Part shown: positions 57,636-64,000 of the stretch, piece after piece | Numbering within the stretch: position 1 is the stretch's first letter | How the letters are laid out: each line of letters starts with the position of its first letter | Origin: a virus | Virus record (IMG/VR): IMGVR_UViG_3300028844_006119 | Span: 64,001 to 128,000 of that record | Length of the DNA: 64,000 nucleotides | Direction: 5' to 3' (one strand) | Translations under genes and position numbers: made by a program | The notes under the pieces: model-generated | What the model was told of the DNA's origin: nothing | Database searches by the model: none | Seen by the model: only the letters and a program-made list of their open reading frames with translations

Positions 57636-58334
57636 ATGGCATCTCTTTCTCAGTGGTCTCCGTACGAGGACAACGTCCAGGGCGGCATGTCCGACGGGCG
57701 CTTCATGAACGCCGCATACACGGTCGTGTGTGCAGGCCCTCCTCGCCTCTCCCAGGTCGGCGGTCCCGAGTTCCTCGGCGCTGCCCTGGCTGCCGGCTCC
57801 GGTACCGAGGACATGCTCGCGTACCCGATTGGCGTGATTCAGAACTTCAATCTGAGCCACAACATGCAGCTGAGCCGGATCTTTGAGCTCGGCTCTGTCC
57901 GGTCGTACTTCATCCCCGGTCGGGTGATGGGTCAGATTGGTCTTGGTCGCGTGCTGTACCACGGCCCGTCGCTTCTGCGCGTGCTGTACGCGTACTACAC
58001 CGACATCATCCCGCCCACGTTTGTGGATCCGGTCTTCTCGAACATTGGCGCTGCTACGGTCGCCAACCCGCACGATGTCATCATCCCGCCGGGCTACGAG
58101 AACATCTTCCTCAACCTGGCTTCGGACCTCTTTACTCAGCCTGTCGGTCTGCTTCTCCTCATGAAGGACAGCAACGAGGACACTCTGGGTGCTGGTTACT
58201 TCGAGTCGTGCTACATCCCCAACCACAGCATCTCTACTGACGCCATGGGCACGCTCATCCAGGAGCAGGCCGGTGTGCAGTTTGAGCGCATGGTTCCCGT
58301 CAACACCGAGGTTGTCGGCCTAATCACCGGATAA
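57636..58334 (+). CDS. Tail tube protein
   Basis: IGVIQNFNLS...IFELGS...FIPG...SCYIPNHSIS...IQEQAGVQFE; downstream of the sheath gene. Confidence 0.75.
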   Translation: MASLSQWSPYEDNVQGGMSDGRFMNAAYTVVCAGPPRLSQVGGPEFLGAALAAGSGTEDMLAYPIGVIQNFNLSHNMQLSRIFELGSVRSYFIPGRVMGQIGLGRVLYHGPSLLRVLYAYYTDIIPPTFVDPVFSNIGAATVANPHDVIIPPGYENIFLNLASDLFTQPVGLLLLMKDSNEDTLGAGYFESCYIPNHSISTDAMGTLIQEQAGVQFERMVPVNTEVVGLITG

Positions 58335-58344
58335 AGGAAGAGAC

Positions 58345-58587
58345 ATGAATAAGATCGCAATGTACGAAGAGCTGCTCGAAAATCACCCTCTCTGGAGCAA
58401 AGAAGGAGGCATTAGTTCGGGGCTGAAGGCCCTGAAGGCCTCCGGTCTGAAGGCCTCCGGTCTGAAGGCGGGGACGGCTAAGAAGATGCTTGCAGCACGA
58501 CCGATGTCGCAGGGGGGGTCGCAGAGATGGATGATGAAGAGCACACCATCGCTGAGGCAGAATGTCGGGTCTCTTTTCAAGAGGTAG
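58345..58587 (+). CDS. Leader-bearing (MNKIAMYE) cationic peptide with LKASG repeats
   Basis: Leader ending in SKEG, followed by GLKALKASGLKASGLKAG. Confidence 0.65.
   Translation: MNKIAMYEELLENHPLWSKEGGISSGLKALKASGLKASGLKAGTAKKMLAARPMSQGGSQRWMMKSTPSLRQNVGSLFKR
58424..58470 (+). repeat. 15-bp coding tandem repeat CTGAAGGCCTCCGGT
   Basis: Two full copies plus partial copies. Confidence 0.75.
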
Positions 58588-58594
58588 GTAAGCG

Positions 58595-58882
58595 GTGGAT
58601 CTTGAAGTCCTACATTTCTTCTCTGATGAGGTGGAGAAGACTGCGTCTGGCCCGTGGAATCAGAACGCTGGCGCGTTCGCAAGTGTCGCCGGGGAGCTGG
58701 ACGATGGCGGCGGGTTCACTGTCTCTGATCTTCGGAAGTACCTGCGCTACCCACAGTCGCGATCCTCAGTTCAGCGACCTACTAAGCCTACGGTGATGTG
58801 GACCTCCTCGGATGCAGAGGACTGGCTCATCTTCAGCCCAAACAAGCACCGGGCGTTTGTTCGCTGGGCTAGAGGCAAATGA
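58595..58882 (+). CDS. Leader-bearing (MDLEVLHFFSDEVEKTA) small protein
   Basis: GTG start; leader duplicated in the next gene. Confidence 0.7.
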   Translation: MDLEVLHFFSDEVEKTASGPWNQNAGAFASVAGELDDGGGFTVSDLRKYLRYPQSRSSVQRPTKPTVMWTSSDAEDWLIFSPNKHRAFVRWARGK

Positions 58883-59127
58883 TGGATCTCGAAGTCTTAC
58901 ATTTCTTTTCTGATGAGGTGGAGAAGCTCGCAGCGAAGAGTCGGCACAACTACTACATGCGGAATCGTAATCAGATTCTGCAGAAGCAGCGTCAGTACCG
59001 AGCCAAGAACAAGGCCGGTATTGCACGCAGGCAGAAGATGTACCGGCGGAAGGTAAAGATGGGCGCGCATAGACAGCGTAAGCGCATCTCTACGGGCCAC
59101 TCCTACACCTACGGCGGGTACAGATAG
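58879..59127 (+). CDS. Leader-bearing (MDLEVLHFFSDEVEKLA) protamine-like peptide
   Basis: Cargo is very rich in Arg/Lys/Tyr and has no acidic residue. Confidence 0.7.
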   Translation: MMDLEVLHFFSDEVEKLAAKSRHNYYMRNRNQILQKQRQYRAKNKAGIARRQKMYRRKVKMGAHRQRKRISTGHSYTYGGYR

Positions 59128-60062
59128 TGGATGTCCCTGACCTATTCGACCAGAAGAGGAAGAAGGTCTCTGGGCTAAAGATGCCCAGGCAGTTTACTCC
59201 GCGGTTACCCGGCGCATCCACTAAGGGGCAGGCTCCCATAAACCCGTTCTCAGGAAATAAGATGAAGGTCGCATCCCTGTCTTCTTTCCGAGAAGCTCAG
59301 CTCATAAAGACTGCCTCTGCGGAAGACGCTCATCTCTACTTTGAGATGTGCAAGCTTGCGGATACTGGGGATGAGCTTAAGATTCGCATGTTCCTAGCGC
59401 AGCATCCTGAGATGGAGAAAGACGCTGGGATCATCGGCCACGGCTTCAGGCTGCTGAGTAAGGCCCTGGGAGGGGCAGGTAAGACTTTCAACAGTAGCCG
59501 CTTGACTGCCGCCGCAGGCAAAGCTGAATACGCAGCAGCAAAAAGGTTCAGCGGGGCGGCGGTAAATCCTAGAAACCTAGGGCAGGCCGCTAAGGAAACC
59601 CAGTACGCCTCTCTAGCGGGAGCTTCTGGTAAGCGGGGAGGGGAGCTCACCGCTGCCGCAAAAAACATCCGAGAAGCCAAAGCCGTCAAATCTCAGGTAA
59701 ATGCTGGGCAGTTTGCTGCACCTGCTGCGGCTCCTGCTCCCTCTAACGTCGTCCCTGGCGCCCCTTCCGCGTTTAAGGGACAGCCGGACAAATATGTAAA
59801 GGCATATGCGGACGTCGGGGATGAGACAGCTAAGAGGACCCTGGCCGGCAGAGTAAGTGAGAAGCAGCTCGAAGCTGTCGCGAAGACCGCTCCTACTCCT
59901 AAGACGGAGCTGCTCTCGAACAGTACTCTCGGCAAGGCCATCGTGGGCACGGCCGCCGTAGGCGGGGTCGGGGCTGTGGGCTACGGAGGCTACAAGGGCG
60001 TTCAGCGCGGAAAGGCGCAGAACCTGCAGCAGCAGGCTCGCGGGTTCAACTACGGGATGTAG
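59127..60062 (+). CDS. Putative internal virion protein with K-x-A sites and C-terminal glycine zipper
   Basis: MKVAS, IKTAS, CKLAD, EKDAG; AAVGGVGAVGYGGYK. Confidence 0.7.
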   Translation: MDVPDLFDQKRKKVSGLKMPRQFTPRLPGASTKGQAPINPFSGNKMKVASLSSFREAQLIKTASAEDAHLYFEMCKLADTGDELKIRMFLAQHPEMEKDAGIIGHGFRLLSKALGGAGKTFNSSRLTAAAGKAEYAAAKRFSGAAVNPRNLGQAAKETQYASLAGASGKRGGELTAAAKNIREAKAVKSQVNAGQFAAPAAAPAPSNVVPGAPSAFKGQPDKYVKAYADVGDETAKRTLAGRVSEKQLEAVAKTAPTPKTELLSNSTLGKAIVGTAAVGGVGAVGYGGYKGVQRGKAQNLQQQARGFNYGM

Positions 60063-60318
60063 ACACGGCTCTTAGGAGCCCTTCAGTGTCGAAGCTGGTA
60101 GACCTGCCTTTCTTCTCCGCCTGGCATACCTTCTTGCGCAGAGGGTCCATAGGCTCTGATGTCTGAGGGTCATAGATCCCCTCGTCCTCGATGGCCGTGT
60201 CGATAAGCGCGTACAGCACTTCCTTCTTGCTGACTTTCCTGTCCAGTCTCTCAGACAGGGTCCTGGCAGTTCGCTCCAGGTAGGCAGATTGGTGCTGATT
60301 AATCGTCATGGTCGGCAT
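60046..60318 (-). CDS. Small ribbon-helix-helix-like protein
   Basis: PTMTIN strand followed by two helices, VSKKEVLYALID. Confidence 0.5.
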   Translation of the reverse strand: MPTMTINQHQSAYLERTARTLSERLDRKVSKKEVLYALIDTAIEDEGIYDPQTSEPMDPLRKKVCQAEKKGRSTSFDTEGLLRAVSTSRS

Positions 60319-60331
60319 AAAAGTTCCACCT

Positions 60332-60359
60332 AAAAGACAGTGGGGTTTCCCCCACTGTC
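60332..60359 (-). terminator. Intrinsic terminator after the vWA gene
   Basis: GACAGTGGGG-GAAA-CCCCACTGTC-TTTT on the minus strand. Confidence 0.75.
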
Positions 60360-60364
60360 AGACC

Positions 60365-62215
60365 TCATCGGCCCATGTGTGACTCAATCATAACCCGAGC
60401 GCTCTCTTCGAGGGCCTTGGGCAGATCGGGTACGGTTGCTACAAGCCCGTAGCGCCCCACACCAAAGGCATTGTCGTAGTAGTCAGAGTTCTGAGATCCA
60501 ATGCCCAGAATCGATACCACGATCCCATCTACTCGCATCTCCCGAAGGACTGCGTGAAGGTCTTCTACGGCGTTCCCGGTGCTTCTCCGCCCTCGGCAGC
60601 TAGTCGGGAACCCGTCTGTAATCATCAAGACGGCCCTATCTGTCTTGGCCGTCTTGGCCCATTCCCAGGCGGCATCCAAGGCCTGGACCATAGAGGTCAT
60701 CCCCATTGTAAGTCCGGGGACGTTCTTTGGGCTGCCCACCTTGGAGAAGAAGAAGAGCTCGGAAGAGAACCCCCAGAGCTGAAGTCGGACATTCACTCCC
60801 TTGCAGGCAAAGTCGATATTAGCGACTGCCTGGTCCAGGAGGTCCATGCCCCACCCAGCCATGGACCCGGACACGTCCATCAGGACCAACAGGTCCATGC
60901 CTCCGTACTTACGAGTCTCCTTAAAGAGCTTGGTCGTAGAAAACGAGTTCGAGATCTTTGCGTTGATCACGGACTCAATGTCCAGGTCTTGCCCTGTCCA
61001 GGCCCTACGCATCTCCTTCTTCATCTTCACGTTCTCGAGATGCCTGCGCATGCGGGCCGCCCGAGGCGTGGGACTAGGAAGTCTCTGGGAGGGGGTGACC
61101 ATAGATCCCCGAATGCCGGAGACCTTGGCTGCAGACAGGAGGATGTCCTCTTGCCCACGCTTTCGGCTCTTCTTAGCCTTCCCCAGCTCCTTCTTGGCTA
61201 CCTGAATTCGGGAGAACATCTTCTCAGTCCCGCTCTTTAGGAGCTTCTCCAGGGAAGAGTCTTCCTTCGAGCCGTCCTTTCCGGTCTTGCTGTCATCGTC
61301 CTTGGCTGTCATCAGCTTCTGGATCTCAAGCAGCTTCTTGGCGGAGACCTTCTTCTTCCTCTTCCTGCCAGTAGGGTCATTCTCGGGCTGGAGGTCTTTC
61401 CCTCCAAGTGGATTGTCCTCGTTATCCCCGTGGCCTTTTCCCGAATCTCCCATGTTGGAGATGGCCTTGTTCAGCAGGTCCAGCTTCATCTGCTGCTGTT
61501 GCTGTCGGGTGCTGTTTTGCTGCGGATCTGGCGGGAACTGCTTCAACAGCTCATCGGCGATGTCGTCGACTAGGCGGGACGTAAGGGCAATACACGCCTT
61601 GTTGTCTACAAGCTCTACTCTCGAGCGAGCAATCTTCATATGCTTGGCACATGCCTTGAACTCATCGGGAGCGCCAGGGGTCTCCACCCCGGCAGCGATT
61701 CTTCCCAGGTAGGAGATCAAGTCCTTCTCAGCCTGATCCTCCATGTCGTTTGCCGCAATGTCATGCCATCTCTGCCGAAGAAGGTCTGCACCTCCAGCGT
61801 ACAGTTCTCCCCACACCGAACAGCACCGCCAGTCCTCCAGGACGTTCCACAGGTGATGAACCAGGCCCTCCAGCTTAGCTGTATAGGGAATGGCGTCCGG
61901 GTGGGTCTTGGGAATGCTGGCTTTCTTCAGTAGCCGCTCTACCGCCTTCTCACGGAAAGCCTCCGTCAGCTCGAGGTCTGTGCCCCCGAATGGGTGGCTG
62001 ATCTCATGCTCCAGGATGAGGTATGCCTCCGGGTCTTGGAGAGGCACCCGGAAGAATGTGGCGCAGTCTGTGCTTCCAGACGGGGCATTGACCAGGTCAA
62101 AGTCCTTCCCCATCATCTTAGAGAAGGTGGCCGTGAGGATCTGCATACGTTCCAGCAGTTCCCCAGGCGTCCCTCCCATTGCCCCCAGGTCGAGGGGGGT
62201 TCGATTACCAGTCAT
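60365..62215 (-). CDS. vWA-domain protein with N-terminal HExxH motif (MoxR partner)
   Basis: LEHEISH, NVLED; MIDAS DVSGSM, T, ITDG. Confidence 0.85.
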   Translation of the reverse strand: MTGNRTPLDLGAMGGTPGELLERMQILTATFSKMMGKDFDLVNAPSGSTDCATFFRVPLQDPEAYLILEHEISHPFGGTDLELTEAFREKAVERLLKKASIPKTHPDAIPYTAKLEGLVHHLWNVLEDWRCCSVWGELYAGGADLLRQRWHDIAANDMEDQAEKDLISYLGRIAAGVETPGAPDEFKACAKHMKIARSRVELVDNKACIALTSRLVDDIADELLKQFPPDPQQNSTRQQQQQMKLDLLNKAISNMGDSGKGHGDNEDNPLGGKDLQPENDPTGRKRKKKVSAKKLLEIQKLMTAKDDDSKTGKDGSKEDSSLEKLLKSGTEKMFSRIQVAKKELGKAKKSRKRGQEDILLSAAKVSGIRGSMVTPSQRLPSPTPRAARMRRHLENVKMKKEMRRAWTGQDLDIESVINAKISNSFSTTKLFKETRKYGGMDLLVLMDVSGSMAGWGMDLLDQAVANIDFACKGVNVRLQLWGFSSELFFFSKVGSPKNVPGLTMGMTSMVQALDAAWEWAKTAKTDRAVLMITDGFPTSCRGRRSTGNAVEDLHAVLREMRVDGIVVSILGIGSQNSDYYDNAFGVGRYGLVATVPDLPKALEESARVMIESHMGR

Positions 62216-62558
62216 TTTCTTTCTTCATCCTCTCCTTAATTGCCCCAGCGATTGCCCAGGCCTTTGGCTTGCGCCGGTAGCTGATGACGGTCCAGTGCCC
62301 CATGGGGGCATCGGACTCGAGCATGGACGTCACATCCTCCGTGTACTGCTCCTGGGCCTCCGCCTCGCACTGTCGGAGTAGCTTACTGCTCCTTCGAGAC
62401 CGCTCCATTCTGCGAAGTTCGCCCTCCAAGAGATACTCCGCTTCCTCCTCTACGCAGGTGTTGAGATACTGAAGGACCGAGTCCATGTCGGCCTTCCTTG
62501 CCCGGTTGGTGAACCACCCGGTCAGCTCTTCGAAAGTACCGAACATGCGGGCTCCCAT
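62205..62558 (-). CDS. Hypothetical protein
   Basis: ORF between the ATPase and vWA genes. Confidence 0.65.
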   Translation of the reverse strand: MGARMFGTFEELTGWFTNRARKADMDSVLQYLNTCVEEEAEYLLEGELRRMERSRRSSKLLRQCEAEAQEQYTEDVTSMLESDAPMGHWTVISYRRKPKAWAIAGAIKERMKKENDW

Positions 62559-63415
62559 AGCTTCACGTTAGCGATGTTGACGGAGAAGATGCTCTGAATT
62601 CGAGCTCGAATCTTGTCCCTATGGTCCGGCTCGAACTTGGCCTCCAGGATGCGAAACATCCTCTCCTTCCCGATTCGCTCTGTAAGGCGGACCAGGTAGC
62701 AGAGGTCACGAGTGGAGAGGGCGTAGTCCCATTCCCCGGTACGAGATTCTCCCGCCAGGGTCAGTAGACGGCTGACGAGTCTCCGCTCATTGACCGCTGC
62801 GGGAGAAGAGAACTGCGCCTCCAGTAGCCGGGACTCGTCCTTTTCGTCCATGTACGAGACTTCCGCGAAGTTAAAGCGCGACTGCAACGCCTCGTTCAAG
62901 GAGTAAGTGCCGCCATAGCCCGGGTTCATCGTACCGACGATCCAGAACTGACAGCCCTTGTTCACCTTGAAGGTCTTGCCCAGGAACGGGGCTTCTACTG
63001 CACGCCGGAAGTCAGCGACGCTGAACAGGGCGGAGTGCATCTCTGGGCGGAGGGTGTTGATCTCCTCCAAGATCAGAACGCATGCGCCAGTCTCATTCGC
63101 CACCTCGATGGCAGTAGTCAGGGTGCCCAGCGTAAAGAAAACGCTGTCTCCCTGCATGCCGAAGGTGCCGATCAGGTCCCGCGTGTCTGTCTCGCTGTTG
63201 CAGTTCTGCCGGACACGGGACGCGCCAATCTCCGAGCAGAACTCTTCGATGGCCAAGGTCTTGCCCGTGCCCTTGGGGCCCTTCAGGATTAGAGGATCTC
63301 CCCAGGCCAACTCCTCCAGGGTCCCCACAATTCCAGTATCCACGAACAGGTCGTCGTGGTCAGGTACCAGGTCTTCGGCGCTAAGCCGTACGAATGGAAT
63401 ATCTCCCATTTTCAT
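62522..63415 (-). CDS. MoxR/CbbQ/NirQ-family AAA+ ATPase
   Basis: GPKGTGKT, DLIG, LILEEIN, TMNPGYGG, ALQSRF, STRDL. Confidence 0.9.
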   Translation of the reverse strand: MKMGDIPFVRLSAEDLVPDHDDLFVDTGIVGTLEELAWGDPLILKGPKGTGKTLAIEEFCSEIGASRVRQNCNSETDTRDLIGTFGMQGDSVFFTLGTLTTAIEVANETGACVLILEEINTLRPEMHSALFSVADFRRAVEAPFLGKTFKVNKGCQFWIVGTMNPGYGGTYSLNEALQSRFNFAEVSYMDEKDESRLLEAQFSSPAAVNERRLVSRLLTLAGESRTGEWDYALSTRDLCYLVRLTERIGKERMFRILEAKFEPDHRDKIRARIQSIFSVNIANVKLWEPACSVLSKS

Positions 63416-63449
63416 CTCCGAGTGCTATGTGGTTCGTTCCACAAAACTC

Positions 63450-63456
63450 TTATGAC
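63450..63456 (-). promoter_or_regulatory. GTCATAA candidate phage promoter
   Basis: 35 nt upstream of the ATPase start. Confidence 0.6.
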
Positions 63457-63521
63457 GCGCATCTTCGATTTTTGTGCTAACAAATATTGCGCTGTGCTCA
63501 CACTCTGGATACCCTGACCCC

Positions 63522-63779
63522 ATGGAAGATCCCAAAGACGACGACATCGACCTCTCTGCGATGAGCAAGGAGCAGGTCCTCGCGGGTGTCGGGGACCTGC
63601 TCATGACTATGCTGGGCTCGAACAGGCTTGCAGTCGTAGCAATGAGCGGGAAGGGGGCCGTCACCTTCCTCAATCCCCTGCTCGCCCTACACATCCCCCC
63701 GGAAGAGCTGGCGCGAGTTCTCCTGGAGTCCTGGGATGACACCGAGGTGGAGGAGCTTCTCGCACATGTCTACGAATAA
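63522..63779 (+). CDS. Hypothetical acidic protein
   Basis: ORF starting MEDPKDDD. Confidence 0.55.
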   Translation: MEDPKDDDIDLSAMSKEQVLAGVGDLLMTMLGSNRLAVVAMSGKGAVTFLNPLLALHIPPEELARVLLESWDDTEVEELLAHVYE

Positions 63780-64000
63780 TGTCTTCCCCCTGTGGAAGAA
63801 GACGGGCTGCATCCCGGCCCCTAAGATGGAAGGAGACCGAGTCTCTCTCGGCCTTCTCCAGTCCATGCTTGCCCGGCAGGTGGGCAGACACGAGACCTTC
63901 TCCGATGAACTATTGGAGGAGATGGAGATGACCATTCAGAAGGTCATCACAGACGAGACATCTATTGATTTCTCCGAGAGCGAGAAACACCTCTGCGTGG
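63766..64000 (+). CDS. Hypothetical protein, 3' end outside the window
   Basis: GGAGGAG RBS; MSTNNVFPLWKK... open to the window edge. Confidence 0.55.
   Translation, partial: MSTNNVFPLWKKTGCIPAPKMEGDRVSLGLLQSMLARQVGRHETFSDELLEEMEMTIQKVITDETSIDFSESEKHLCV

Larger units (their letters stand above)
1..64000. mobile_element. Segment of a large myovirus-like phage genome encoding its own multisubunit-type RNA polymerase
   Basis: Portal, terminase, protease, capsid, sheath and tube genes occur with a phage-type replication operon; gene packing is dense; no host genes or integrase seen. Confidence 0.93.

Noticed and set aside
52222-58334. Contractile injection system, tailocin or T6SS
   Set aside because: Capsid, portal, terminase and replication genes are present, so a complete phage is the simpler reading
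58595-58932. Leader repeats as a CRISPR array or attC-like integron sites
   Set aside because: There are only two close DNA copies, they are in-frame coding with silent changes, they are not palindromic, and no integrase is present
60314-60320. GGCATAA on the plus strand as a promoter
   Set aside because: It overlaps a minus-strand start codon (CAT) and points into antisense sequence; probably chance
1-64000. tRNA or rRNA genes, and host assignment
   Set aside because: No cloverleaf or rRNA-like segment was noticed in the short intergenic gaps, and nothing in the window identifies the host

Overview
This window is 64 kb of a large tailed dsDNA phage genome with a contractile (myovirus-type) tail, read in standard code 11. 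It shows no host housekeeping genes, integrase, tRNA or CRISPR array. Positions 1-14.7 kb (minus strand) hold the replication/recombination operon: family A DNA polymerase, primase, DnaB-like helicase, RecA, SF2 helicase, UDG-like protein, HU-like protein and three nucleases. Positions 14.7-60 kb (mostly plus strand) hold the virion module: portal, a 2112-aa single-chain beta/beta-prime RNA polymerase, baseplate spike, terminase, prohead protease, scaffolds, major capsid protein, neck, a 1437-aa sheath and the tube. Small minus-strand islands interrupt this module, and a MoxR ATPase/vWA pair lies at 60-63.4 kb. The most striking signal is an apparent capsid cargo-loading and processing system. 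About 20 virion-region proteins carry K-x-A(S/A/G) motifs. Two families of portable N-terminal leaders (F-F-S-D-E-[IV]-x-K-x-A and M-N-K-I-A-x-Y-E) are fused to unrelated cationic or glycine-zipper cargos. Similar cargos sit as motif-flanked cassettes inside acidic scaffold-like proteins. A G(T/G)CATAA motif, often followed by a hairpin, precedes most minus-strand operons and is a candidate promoter for the phage RNAP. All functional calls come from reading motifs by eye; no database searches were run.
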